Source: Rickettsiales bacterium
GTDB lineage: Bacteria; Pseudomonadota; Alphaproteobacteria; Rickettsiales; UBA3002
NCBI GenBank assembly: GCA_965247335.1
Contig: CBDFGU010000009.1
Span: 1,328,504 to 1,392,503, forward strand
Direction: 5' to 3'
DNA length: 64,000 nt
Shown: piece after piece, positions 10,423 to 19,549 of the stretch
How the letters are laid out: every line of letters begins with the position of its first letter
How positions within the stretch are numbered: the stretch's first letter is position 1
Program-made: the position numbers and the translations under genes
The notes under the pieces: model-generated
What the model was told of the DNA's origin: nothing
The model's input: the letters and a program-made list of their open reading frames with translations, nothing else
The model's database searches: none

Positions 10423-10574
10423 TTTCCGGCATTAGCATAACTTCAAGCAAGAATTAAACGCGCTGTAATTACCTTAGCAATTTAACCGTTGCGACCAATA
10501 ACAAGCGTTACCCGTATCGCTATACATCTGTTAGCGCGTGCGAAATTGGCATGTAAATAATCTTCGCGTAAAAG

Positions 10575-11705
10575 CTATATATCAAAGATTGTGCGCAAGG
10601 CGCTGGCTACTCGCTTGATATCTGCCTCTTTCAGACATAAGGCGCTAGGCAAATTGATCGCCTTTTTCGAGAGCAGATACGACACGGGTGCGCGTTTGGC
10701 GGATTGCGGAGTGTGCATATGATCATACGCCGCAAGTGCGCTGAGCGGCTCGAAAAAGGGGCGTGAGGCAATGCCATGCTCGCCAAGCGCGGCAATAAGC
10801 GCAGTCTTTTCCATACGATGTGGTTTGTCCCACACTAGCGTGCTCATCCAGTAGCTATTCTCGACATCTTTATGAGCGGGGTTAAGACTGAAGCCGGTGA
10901 TGCCGGCTAAGTGTTTTTCGTACCAGGCGAAGATCTGGCGCTTCTTTTTCACCAGCATATCGATACGTTCCAGTTGTGCCAGCCCCAGTGCCGCCTGCAA
11001 CGCCGACATTTTGTACTTATGCGCAACTTCAAGATTGCGGAAAAGGATGTCACCCGGGGCGCGGCCATGATCGCGCAGTTGCAGGCAGCGCTGGTAGATT
11101 TTCGGATCGTCCGTCGCCAGCATGCCGCCTTCACCGGTGGTAAGTGTTTTGCTACCGTGGAAACTGAAGCAACTGGTGATGCCGAAGGAGCCCGCAAGCT
11201 TGCCTTTATAGCGCGAGCCGATGGCCTCGGCCGCATCTTCGATGACGGCGATGCTGTAGGCTTTAGCGAGCTTCAGGATAGGTGCCCATTCTGGCATGTG
11301 GCCATAAAGATCGACCACGATGATGGCCTTGGTTTTTTTCGTAATGCGTGCTTCGATGGTCGCGGCAGAGAGGCACCATGTTGCGGCATCGATATCCGCG
11401 AATACAGGCGCTGCGCCGACATAGCTGATGGGGGCAGAACTGGCGATCCAGGTCGCATCAGGAACGATCACTTCATCACCCGCGCCGATACCGAGCGCCA
11501 TGAGGCTGAGATGCAGCGCCGAGGTGCAGGAAGGTAAGGAGATGGCGTATTTGCGACCGGTGAATTTGGCGAACGCCGCCTCGAATCGCGCCGGGTAATC
11601 ATTGGCGTGATCGTACCATCCGTTCTTCGCGGCATCGGTAACGTAAGCCACTTCCTTCGCAGTGATGGACGGCCCGGCTACGGGCAAGCGCTTTACTTCA
11701 GGCAT
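10575..11705 (-). CDS. DegT/DnrJ/EryC1/StrS-family PLP-dependent sugar aminotransferase
   Basis: 376 aa. Motifs SCTSALHLSL, VPDATW, and the PLP-lysine context FSFHGSKTLTTGEGGM. Lys is retained, so this is an aminotransferase rather than an E1-type dehydrase. Last gene of the minus-strand sugar operon. Confidence 0.85.
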   Translation of the reverse strand: MPEVKRLPVAGPSITAKEVAYVTDAAKNGWYDHANDYPARFEAAFAKFTGRKYAISLPSCTSALHLSLMALGIGAGDEVIVPDATWIASSAPISYVGAAPVFADIDAATWCLSAATIEARITKKTKAIIVVDLYGHMPEWAPILKLAKAYSIAVIEDAAEAIGSRYKGKLAGSFGITSCFSFHGSKTLTTGEGGMLATDDPKIYQRCLQLRDHGRAPGDILFRNLEVAHKYKMSALQAALGLAQLERIDMLVKKKRQIFAWYEKHLAGITGFSLNPAHKDVENSYWMSTLVWDKPHRMEKTALIAALGEHGIASRPFFEPLSALAAYDHMHTPQSAKRAPVSYLLSKKAINLPSALCLKEADIKRVASALRTIFDI

Positions 11706-12433
11706 TCGAGATATCCATCACGCGCGACGGTAAAGACGAGCTTGTCGTGGATCGCTTGATCGATACGGAAGCGATCGGTGTTTTTCAGAAATGCATGGAC
11801 GGCCGTTTTCGGGTTATCGCCGGGCCCCCAGGGGCGGTCGGGGAATGCATCATCCGGCATATCATCGATGCTAGTATCCATCACGACAAGGTAACAGCCC
11901 GCGCTAACGAGCGGTGCATAGAGTTGAAGCTCTGCGGCGACATGTTCGTGGGTGTGGTTGGAGTCGAGAATGACCATGACACTACTATCTCGCGGGATCA
12001 GCGCAATAACTTCCTTAAGCGTCGACGCTTCAGTAGACGAGCCTTCTACCAGCGCGATGCGGTGGGCCAACGGATGCGCCTCGATCGCAGCACGGTTGTG
12101 CGCCCGGATATCGATATCGACCCCGATGACCTTGCCGGGTTTGTTCAGCAATTGAAGAATCGAGGCGCTGAGTACGAGTGAACCGCCGCGTGCAACACCA
12201 GTCTCAATAATGACATCAGGCTTGGTGCGCCAGATAGTCTCCTGCATGGCGACGATATCCTGCGGTAGTTGGATGATCGGCAGGCCGAGCCAGTCGAAAT
12301 GGTAGGTATAGCGCGCGATACCCGCTTCCTTCATGAATTCGCGGTTGATTGTATCGAGCGCGGGTCTCTGCTGCCCACCCATCCTTGTGATTTCCGCGGC
12401 ACGCTCGCGCTCGAATTGTTCAATATCGCTCAT
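11693..12433 (-). CDS. CmcI / cephalosporin-hydroxylase-family class I SAM-dependent methyltransferase (sugar O-methyltransferase-like)
   Basis: Pattern YTYHFDWLGLPIIQLPQDIVAMQE...KPDVIIETGVARGGS...DSNHTHEHV is typical of the CmcI family. Start taken at ATG 12433 (MSDIEQF...); an upstream ATG at 12481 is possible. Overlaps both neighbours. Confidence 0.75.
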   Translation of the reverse strand: MSDIEQFERERAAEITRMGGQQRPALDTINREFMKEAGIARYTYHFDWLGLPIIQLPQDIVAMQETIWRTKPDVIIETGVARGGSLVLSASILQLLNKPGKVIGVDIDIRAHNRAAIEAHPLAHRIALVEGSSTEASTLKEVIALIPRDSSVMVILDSNHTHEHVAAELQLYAPLVSAGCYLVVMDTSIDDMPDDAFPDRPWGPGDNPKTAVHAFLKNTDRFRIDQAIHDKLVFTVARDGYLECLK

Positions 12434-13133
12434 GGAAGGCCCTCCAGGGGATAGTCGGTGAGATGAGGTAGTAGTTAGCATGCGCCGTGCCGACGCTTGC
12501 CAGCAAGGTTAAGACAGTCACATAGGGATTGAAAGCGCCAAATTTCTGCGGGTATTCTGGCAGCGCGTAATCGATATACTCGGTGGCGATACCATGACGC
12601 TCGAGCAGTTCATGATCGAGGTAGTTCTTCGCGCCATGGCCGGTGATGTAGATGGTGCCGCCGATCGCGGAAACGACCTGCTGCACTTTCTCGCTCGCTT
12701 GCGCCGTGATGCCCATACCGCTGGAACGCACGAAACGCGGGGTGAAGCCCATCAGGTGCGCTAGTTGCTCGAACAGAGCAATGTTGAGTGCGGCGAGGGA
12801 ATCGTAAGATGCGAGGATGGTAGGCGTGATAGCCGTGAGGACTGCATCTATGTGCGGCAGGCTGGCAAGCGTCTGTTTTAGAGCGGCGAGATGCTTTTCT
12901 TGCCAGCGTTTCGTCATATCGAATTTGGTTTGCAGCATGGTCTCGCCCGAGCGATGGATGGCGGGCACCGTGAGCCAGCTGAAACCTTCGGGCGTTTTTA
13001 TCTGCACACGGTTGAGGAATCCGCCCTTGGTGAATTGCGCATCGTCGTAATGCACGAAGACATCGGCGTGCCGCAACTGGTCGAACAGCCCTTGCCACGG
13101 CAGGTACATTGGCTGTGAGAAGACGACCCGCAC
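12420..13133 (-). CDS. WbqC-family protein (function unknown, polysaccharide loci)
   Basis: N-terminus MRVVFSQPMYLPWQGLFDQL and the length (237 aa) resemble WbqC-like proteins. Located between acetyltransferase and methyltransferase genes. Confidence 0.65.
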   Translation of the reverse strand: MRVVFSQPMYLPWQGLFDQLRHADVFVHYDDAQFTKGGFLNRVQIKTPEGFSWLTVPAIHRSGETMLQTKFDMTKRWQEKHLAALKQTLASLPHIDAVLTAITPTILASYDSLAALNIALFEQLAHLMGFTPRFVRSSGMGITAQASEKVQQVVSAIGGTIYITGHGAKNYLDHELLERHGIATEYIDYALPEYPQKFGAFNPYVTVLTLLASVGTAHANYYLISPTIPWRAFHERY

Positions 13134-13139
13134 GCGCGG

Positions 13140-13817
13140 TTACCAGTTGAAGAATTCGTCGGCACCGCGCGACGATTTGGGGGTCTGCTCAGTAACGAAG
13201 GCATCGCCGGGCGCAGTATCGCGCTTGATGTAGGAATGGGCGCCGACCAGCGTGCGCTCGGCGAGTTCCACCCCATCCATGATGGTGGCGTTGCTACCGA
13301 TAAAGCAGCGCTCGCCCACCACATTGTGCCCGCACAGCACGGCGTGGTTGGCGATGAAGACATGGTCATGGATTACCGAATCATGCCCGATGCTGTTGCC
13401 ACGGCTGAGAATGACGCCGTTACCAATGGCGACGTTGGGCTGCAGGCAGTTGTCGTCGAACACAAACACGTTCTTGCCGATACGAAGATCCTTCCAGCGA
13501 CTGGTATTGGAACAGATGTGGCTGATGAGCGTATAGCCTTTGGTTTCTGCACTAGTAACGAAATCCTGTCGCATGGCATTCATATCGGCGTAACCCATGG
13601 CAACGAACATAGCGAAATCCTGTGGCGGGTAGGCCGTCGTGACATTTTCGAAGGAGACGATAGGCCTGCCGTTGAACTCGCTTACATTGTTGGTGTCGAG
13701 CCAATGCTGACTGGCGGCGTAGACAGCGACTTGATGGTCGCTGTCGTTGGTGAGGTAGAAATCCACCATGCGTCCCATATCCGACGTGCCGAAGATGATC
13801 ACTGGTTTGCTAGTCAT
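13140..13817 (-). CDS. Hexapeptide-repeat (left-handed beta-helix) sugar N-acetyltransferase, NeuD/PglD-like
   Basis: N-terminal Rossmann-like KPVIIFGTSDMGRMV, followed by repeated [LIV]G-x4 hexapeptide turns (IGKNVFV, IGNGVIL, IGHDSVI, IANHAVL, VGERCFIGSNATI). ATG 13817 forms an ATGA overlap with the upstream gene stop. Confidence 0.8.
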   Translation of the reverse strand: MTSKPVIIFGTSDMGRMVDFYLTNDSDHQVAVYAASQHWLDTNNVSEFNGRPIVSFENVTTAYPPQDFAMFVAMGYADMNAMRQDFVTSAETKGYTLISHICSNTSRWKDLRIGKNVFVFDDNCLQPNVAIGNGVILSRGNSIGHDSVIHDHVFIANHAVLCGHNVVGERCFIGSNATIMDGVELAERTLVGAHSYIKRDTAPGDAFVTEQTPKSSRGADEFFNW

Positions 13818-14959
13818 TCGAACCCATAACTGAAGGTGAGGGGAAGGGCTTTCCATGCATCGATCTGTGAAATGATGTGGCGGCCCGTGCGCGGGTTGAG
13901 GGCGACGAGGATATAGCGCACATCGGATGGGAGATCGGCAGGGGCGATGACCGGGAGTTTCATGTGCATGGTGCCTTGCAGGAATTTATTCTGGTCGATG
14001 AAGCAACGCACGTTGATGGATGGATCGAGATGTAATTTAGCGTAGGTGCCGTAGAAGCCTGCGCCATAAATGGCAACATCATCGCTGACGCTGAGCTTTT
14101 TAAGCCGCTGTGTGATGCGGCTCCAGTAAGTGGCGATATCCTTGCTTTCACGCGTGGTCGCGGCGACTTCAGTCGGGGTGGGCAAGACGCTTCCATTCTT
14201 CGCGTTTTTAGTGGCGCTGACGAACCACCAGCCGGGCTGCGTCGTGTTATCGAGCGCAATGTCGATGAAGCCGGTGCTGGCGAGTGACTGGCGTAAAGAG
14301 CATGCGGTGAAATGGTTGATATGGTCGAATACCAGCAGGTCCGCGACGTTAGTGTGGAAATTGGGCACGATGAAAAAGAGAGTGCCGCCATTTTTCAACA
14401 GGCGATGTTGCGCAGCAAAGGCTTCCATTGGCGCTGCCACATGTTCAAGGCAAAAGAAGGAACTGACGACATCCATCGTACCGCTCCACGCAGCGGGAAG
14501 AGTATGAAGCGATTGGTTCTCTGATGGAATAACGCCTTGCCAGAAAGGCTGGTAATTCGCGCTGACATCGAAAGTGAAGGGGGTAATGGCGGCACGCTTG
14601 ATAAGTTTCTTCAACGTCTGCGCTTTGGCGCAGCCGTAATCCAGCAGGCGCATGCCGGGCTTAAGTGGAATGCGTTTTGTGAGCATGTCGGCTTGAAAGT
14701 CGGAACGGAAGATCTTTTCGCCCTTGACGATCTTCAATAACTGATCCTCGTCCTCGCTACTGGTGAGGATATTGTAACGCTTATCATAGAAATCCGCGAC
14801 ATTGGCGAAAGGCGCGGTGAGCGTGTGTCCGCAGGTGAGACAACTGGCAATTTCCGTCTCTTCGCCTTGCGGTATACCGAGCGAATTGATGGCGCGCGCA
14901 TCGAGTTTGTAGATGATGTCGAGATCCGTCGAAGCGCAGATGTTGCAAGCCATGTCCAT
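13814..14959 (-). CDS. Zn-ribbon-containing class I SAM-dependent methyltransferase with extra C-terminal domain (C-methyltransferase-like architecture)
   Basis: CNIC...CLTCGH zinc-ribbon pair at the N-terminus. SAM motif I LLDYGCAKAQ, then GGTLFFIVPN. A C-terminal alpha/beta-like region (VAIYGAGFYG) follows. Start overlaps the PhyH stop (TAATG). Confidence 0.7.
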   Translation of the reverse strand: MDMACNICASTDLDIIYKLDARAINSLGIPQGEETEIASCLTCGHTLTAPFANVADFYDKRYNILTSSEDEDQLLKIVKGEKIFRSDFQADMLTKRIPLKPGMRLLDYGCAKAQTLKKLIKRAAITPFTFDVSANYQPFWQGVIPSENQSLHTLPAAWSGTMDVVSSFFCLEHVAAPMEAFAAQHRLLKNGGTLFFIVPNFHTNVADLLVFDHINHFTACSLRQSLASTGFIDIALDNTTQPGWWFVSATKNAKNGSVLPTPTEVAATTRESKDIATYWSRITQRLKKLSVSDDVAIYGAGFYGTYAKLHLDPSINVRCFIDQNKFLQGTMHMKLPVIAPADLPSDVRYILVALNPRTGRHIISQIDAWKALPLTFSYGFE

Positions 14960-15795
14960 TATTTCTTCACCACTTTATCGGGGAAGAATTTCTCCGGGCG
15001 GTTGCCTTGGCCAAGATTAACCGGCCAACCGAGCGCGCGTGCTTCGTTGTTCTCGAAATTGAAATAGCGCAATTGCATCGTCCAGCGCGCACGGCTGGAA
15101 TGGTTGAAACCGGAGCGGTGGAGCGTCAGGAAATCAAGCACCAGCAAGTCTCCCGCATTGCAGAGCAGGGCTTGCGGTGAATAGCGGTTGATGACTGCAG
15201 CTTCATCGGCAAGGCGCATAGTGTAGGCGGTAGGTTTCTCAGGGTCGGTCTCATAGGCGATGGGCACGAAGCCTTCCTTGTGCGATCCGGGGCAGACTTC
15301 GAGTGGGCCGATATCGGCGGTGATAGTGACGAGCGGCGACCAGAATACCAGACCATCGATACTGCCGAGCTGTGTCGGGTATTCCTGGTGCCATGGCGAC
15401 ATGAATTTTTTCTCGGACGGGTAGTCGATACGTATACCGTCGCCGCCGCGATTGATGCCGATGGAGGCAGTATTGCGCAAAGCCTGCGCCAATTCGACAT
15501 TCTTCATGCCGGAGGTAATGCGCATGAATTCGGGGATCTGTTTCACCGCGTCGTAGACGATGCTGCCGAGCTTACGGTCATGCTTGACCATGGCCATGTA
15601 GGATGTTTGAAAAATGTCACTGTCGAAGTCGTGGCTAGGAAGTGACTCGCCGAGATGGTGCTCGTGGAGGCTGCCGACGATGGCGACAATATGCACTTTC
15701 AGGGGGGCCAGTTCTGCCGCACTGTAGAAACCGGCAAAGCGCGTAAATCCTTGCGTTTCCAATTCCGCTTTGTGTGTGCCGAGTGCCGGTGCCAT
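14959..15795 (-). CDS. Phytanoyl-CoA dioxygenase (PhyH)-family Fe(II)/2-oxoglutarate-dependent oxygenase
   Basis: 278 aa. Motifs GFTRFAGF, SPWHQEYP...D (HxD/E facial-triad region), LTLHRSGFNHSSRARW (distal His plus 2OG Arg). First gene of the minus-strand sugar operon. Confidence 0.75.
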   Translation of the reverse strand: MAPALGTHKAELETQGFTRFAGFYSAAELAPLKVHIVAIVGSLHEHHLGESLPSHDFDSDIFQTSYMAMVKHDRKLGSIVYDAVKQIPEFMRITSGMKNVELAQALRNTASIGINRGGDGIRIDYPSEKKFMSPWHQEYPTQLGSIDGLVFWSPLVTITADIGPLEVCPGSHKEGFVPIAYETDPEKPTAYTMRLADEAAVINRYSPQALLCNAGDLLVLDFLTLHRSGFNHSSRARWTMQLRYFNFENNEARALGWPVNLGQGNRPEKFFPDKVVKK

Positions 15796-15862
15796 GCGAA
15801 TACACTTTACCTTGTTGCGTGAAGGGAACTATATCAAATAACACCATAAGTGAAAGCAGCTT

Positions 15863-16390
15863 ATGCATTTTAGGCCTTTATCGCTGGGCGGCGCCTGGCA
15901 CATCGAGCTGACGCCTGTGCAGGATGCAAGGGGTAGCTTCACGCGCGTGTTTGATGCGGCAAAGTTCGCTGAACGCAAGCTGGTGACGCATTTCCCGCAG
16001 CAATCCGTCTCAACGAACACCAAGCAAGGCACCTTACGCGGTATGCATTACCAGATAGCGCCGCACGGCGAGGTAAAGCTGGTGCGTTGCAGCCATGGCG
16101 CAATCCAGGATGTGCTGGTCGACTTGCGTGAAGGCTCGCCGAGCTATTTGCAGCATGTGAGTGTGGTGTTAAGCGCGAAAACGCCGTCGATGTTATATGT
16201 GCCGGAGGGCATCGCGCATGGGTTCATGACGTTAGAAGATGATACTGTAGTCGAGTACCATATCAGCACGGATTACGTGGCTGAAACCCAGCGCGGTCTG
16301 CGGTGGAATGACCCGAAGCTGCGTATTTATTGGCAAGGCGAGGTGAAAGTGATTTCCGAGCGTGATGCCGGATTCGCAATGCTAGGCTAA
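15863..16390 (+). CDS. RmlC-like cupin, NDP-4-keto-6-deoxyhexose 3,5- (or 3- or 5-) epimerase family
   Basis: Motifs DARGSFTRVF, LRGMHYQ, KLVRCSHGAIQDVLVDLR, GIAHGF, YHISTDY match dTDP-4-dehydrorhamnose 3,5-epimerase-type enzymes. Confidence 0.8.
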   Translation: MHFRPLSLGGAWHIELTPVQDARGSFTRVFDAAKFAERKLVTHFPQQSVSTNTKQGTLRGMHYQIAPHGEVKLVRCSHGAIQDVLVDLREGSPSYLQHVSVVLSAKTPSMLYVPEGIAHGFMTLEDDTVVEYHISTDYVAETQRGLRWNDPKLRIYWQGEVKVISERDAGFAMLG

Positions 16391-17614
16391 GTGAACATTC
16401 GGCACGGCAATGAGGAATTGACCGTCCCACTCACGAATCTCCACCATTTGCTGCATCACTTCTGGCGCAATATTCCATGGCAGGATGAACACGACGTCGG
16501 GCTTATCCAGCAGGAGGAACGCGGGATCATAGATAGGCAGGTGGCTCCCGGGCAACAGGCAGCCTTGCTTTTGTGGGTTGCGATCGACCGTGTAGGAAAT
16601 GATATTGGGCGTGATGCCGCAATAATTGAGCAGGGTGTTGCCCTTCGCTGGCGCACCGTAGGCGACGATTTTTTTGCCCGCGGCACGAAGTTTTTCAAGC
16701 TGGGCGAGAAGTTCGGTTTTTAACTGACACACGCTCGCCCCGAAAGCCTGATAGGGCGCGAGCGTTTTGAGGCCGAAATCCGTTTCCAGCTTCAGCATGG
16801 CAGCAACGCCGGGTGTCGCTTGATGGCCCGCATGCTGCAGGAATACGCGCAGCGAACCGCCATGGGTTGGCAGGGTCTCGACATCGACCATCGCAAGCCC
16901 ATGCCTGGTAAAAAGCGGCTCAAGCGCGGTGAGGGACAGGTAGGAGAAATGCTCGTGATAGATCGTGTCGAACTGCATATGTTGCAGCATTTTTACGAGG
17001 TGCGGAAACTCGAAGGTGATGGTGCCCTCGGGCTTGAGCAGGACTTTGAAGCCGCCAATGAAATCATGGATATCCGGCACATGGGCGAGCACGTTATTGG
17101 CGGCGATGAGGTCCGCTTGGATACCTTCGCTGACGAGGTTCTGTGCGGTTTCGACCCCGAAAAATAACGCGCGGGTGGGGATGCCGGCAGCATTGGCCAG
17201 CGCGGTGATATTCTGCGCCGGTTCGATGCCGAGCACCGGCACACCGGCCTTTTGGAAGGGGATGAGCAGCGTGCCGTCATTGCTGGCGATCTCGACCACG
17301 AGCGAGTCTTTTCCTAAGTGAAAGCGCTCGACCATGGATCTGGCATAGGCATTGCAGTGTGTTTTCCATGTATCAGAAAAGGAGGAGAGATAGGCGTAGT
17401 TGCTGAAGATGTTCTCAGGCGTTTCGACAGGCGGAACCTGTACTAGCCAGCACGAAGTGCACACATAGGCATGCAGTGGGTAGCGCTCTTCGCGCAGTAT
17501 GTCATCGGTGGATTTTAGGTAGCTGTTGGCGAGCGGCTGCTGGCCAAGGTCGACAACGCTTTGCGTCAGCGCTTGGTTGCAGGCGGCGCAGGATAAAGCG
17601 GGTTTGCCAGTCAT
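16382..17614 (-). CDS. NDP-hexose C-methyltransferase (TylC3-like: Zn-binding N-domain, SAM methyltransferase, C-methyltransferase C-terminal domain)
   Basis: CAAC...CTSC zinc motif, YLSSFSDTW, SAM motif VVEIASNDG, NVLAHVPD, and a C-terminal Rossmann-like KIVAYGAPAKGNTLLNY. 3' end overlaps the epimerase gene by 9 nt (convergent). Confidence 0.8.
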   Translation of the reverse strand: MTGKPALSCAACNQALTQSVVDLGQQPLANSYLKSTDDILREERYPLHAYVCTSCWLVQVPPVETPENIFSNYAYLSSFSDTWKTHCNAYARSMVERFHLGKDSLVVEIASNDGTLLIPFQKAGVPVLGIEPAQNITALANAAGIPTRALFFGVETAQNLVSEGIQADLIAANNVLAHVPDIHDFIGGFKVLLKPEGTITFEFPHLVKMLQHMQFDTIYHEHFSYLSLTALEPLFTRHGLAMVDVETLPTHGGSLRVFLQHAGHQATPGVAAMLKLETDFGLKTLAPYQAFGASVCQLKTELLAQLEKLRAAGKKIVAYGAPAKGNTLLNYCGITPNIISYTVDRNPQKQGCLLPGSHLPIYDPAFLLLDKPDVVFILPWNIAPEVMQQMVEIREWDGQFLIAVPNVHLA

Positions 17615-17696
17615 CGTGCCACCAGAAAATGTTTCCTAAACGGGTAATTAGAGCTATACGAAGAGCAACAGTAACAGGCCAGCAAAAAGAGGATCT

Positions 17697-18551
17697 ATGG
17701 TCACGGAAGCGGTCATTTTATGCGGCGGACTCGGTACGCGATTGCGCGAAGAGACGGAATTCCGCCCCAAACCGATGGTCAATATCGGCGGTAAGCCAAT
17801 CCTGTGGCATATCATGCGGCGCTATTCGGCGTTCGGGGTAAAACGCTTCATCCTGTGTCTTGGTTACAAAGGCGATTACATCCGCGATTACTTCCTGAAT
17901 TACCGTTATCACCATGCCGATTTCACCGTGCGCCTCGCCAGTGGTGAGGTGTTTCTCGACCGCCGCACGGAGATGGAGGACTGGGAAGTGGTGTTGGCCG
18001 AAACGGGCGAGAACACGCTCACCGGTTCACGCATCGCCCGCGCCTTGCCGCATGTGCAAGGCAAAAGTTTCTACGCGACCTATGGCGACGGCGTGGCGGA
18101 TGTCGATATTGCTGCATTGCTGAAGCATCATGAAAAGAACGGTAAGGTAGCAACGCTGACCGCAGTACTGCCACCTTCGCGTTTTGGTGAAATCGCAACA
18201 ACGGACGGTGTGGTTGAATTCTTTGCCGAAAAGCCGCAAGTGGCGAGTGGTGCCATCAATGGCGGCTTCATGGTGCTCGAAAAAGCGGCGATGCAATCCT
18301 ATCTGCCAGCGGACCCCATTGCCCATAGTGATTGCTCGCTTGAGGGTGACGTGATGATGAAGCTTGCCGCGGATAAACAACTCGCAGCTTACGAACATCC
18401 CGGCTTCTGGCAGTGCATGGATACGCACCGCGAAATGGAGCTGCTCAACGGAATCTACCAGCAAGGAAATGCGCCATGGCTGATGCAGAACGGGATCTAT
18501 CTTTCTGGCGCGGCAAACGTGTCCTCGTCACCGGCCAAAGCGGGTTCATAG
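17697..18551 (+). CDS. rfbF: Glucose-1-phosphate cytidylyltransferase
   Basis: N-terminus AVILCGGLGTRLREETEFRPKPMVNIGGKPILWHIM and the rest of the sequence match RfbF/DdhA-type enzymes. The ORF continues ~25 aa past the usual ...APW end and overlaps rfbG by 76 nt. Confidence 0.9.
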   Translation: MVTEAVILCGGLGTRLREETEFRPKPMVNIGGKPILWHIMRRYSAFGVKRFILCLGYKGDYIRDYFLNYRYHHADFTVRLASGEVFLDRRTEMEDWEVVLAETGENTLTGSRIARALPHVQGKSFYATYGDGVADVDIAALLKHHEKNGKVATLTAVLPPSRFGEIATTDGVVEFFAEKPQVASGAINGGFMVLEKAAMQSYLPADPIAHSDCSLEGDVMMKLAADKQLAAYEHPGFWQCMDTHREMELLNGIYQQGNAPWLMQNGIYLSGAANVSSSPAKAGS

Positions 18552-19549
18552 GTAGCTGGTTAAGCCTATGGTTGGCGCGCCTTGGAGCCGAAGTGGCAGG
18601 ATATGCGCTCGCACCGCATACGACGCCGTCGCTATATGCGGATGCAGGTATCGCGGAAAAAATCAGCGCTACGACGGCTGACATTTGCGACCGTGATACG
18701 TTGAAGAAAACTATTGCTGTGCACGGGCCGGAGATTGTCATCCATCTCGCAGCGCAGGCCATCGTCGGCCGCGCACATGCGGATGCATTCGAGACATGGC
18801 GCGCCAATGCGCTGGGCACTGTTGCGTTGCTTGAAGCATTGCGCGGCCAACATCTCAAGGCGCTGAGCATTTTTACTACCGACAAAGTCTATGATAACCA
18901 TGGAACGGGTCACCCGCATCGCGAGGATGATCCAATCGGTGGGTTTGGCATCTATGATGCTAGCAAGGGCGCGACGGAACTGGCGGTGCGTGCGTTCATG
19001 CATGGTAATGCGGTTACTCCAGGCACTGCCATCATTCGTGCGGGTAATGTTGTCGGCGGCGGTGACTGGAACGAGGCGCGCCTATTGCCGGATTGTGCAC
19101 GGGCCTTCGCAGAGAAACAACCTGTTAAGCTGCGCCACCCGCAAAGCGTACGCCCGTGGCAGCATGTGCTGGATGTGTGCTATGCGACGCTACGATTGAC
19201 GCAAGCGCTATACGATACGCCGCAGCAATTCCGTGGTGCATGGAACATCGGCCCCGACCCGGAGAACATCCTGAGCGCCAGCGCAGTCGCTGAGCGAATG
19301 GGGGCGCATTGGCAGCAGCATCCGGCGTGGGTGCCGACAGCGGATGCGGCACAGTATCCGGAAGCGAATGTGCTGCTGCTCGATTCAGCCAAGTTGATGC
19401 AGGCTCTGAACTGGAAACCTATACTCGGCATCGAGGAAACATTGCAGTGGACGGCGCAATGGTATCGTGACTTTGATGCGCAGCCGGGTGAGGCGCTCGC
19501 CATTACCGCCGCCCAGATCGATGCATTTGAACAAAAGGCCATTATATGA
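18476..19549 (+). CDS. rfbG: CDP-glucose 4,6-dehydratase
   Basis: FWRGKRVLVTGQSGFIGSWLSLWL NAD-binding start, SDR catalytic YDASK, and a C-terminus typical of RfbG/DdhB. Start taken at ATG 18476 (MADAERDLSFW). Confidence 0.9.
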   Translation: MADAERDLSFWRGKRVLVTGQSGFIGSWLSLWLARLGAEVAGYALAPHTTPSLYADAGIAEKISATTADICDRDTLKKTIAVHGPEIVIHLAAQAIVGRAHADAFETWRANALGTVALLEALRGQHLKALSIFTTDKVYDNHGTGHPHREDDPIGGFGIYDASKGATELAVRAFMHGNAVTPGTAIIRAGNVVGGGDWNEARLLPDCARAFAEKQPVKLRHPQSVRPWQHVLDVCYATLRLTQALYDTPQQFRGAWNIGPDPENILSASAVAERMGAHWQQHPAWVPTADAAQYPEANVLLLDSAKLMQALNWKPILGIEETLQWTAQWYRDFDAQPGEALAITAAQIDAFEQKAII

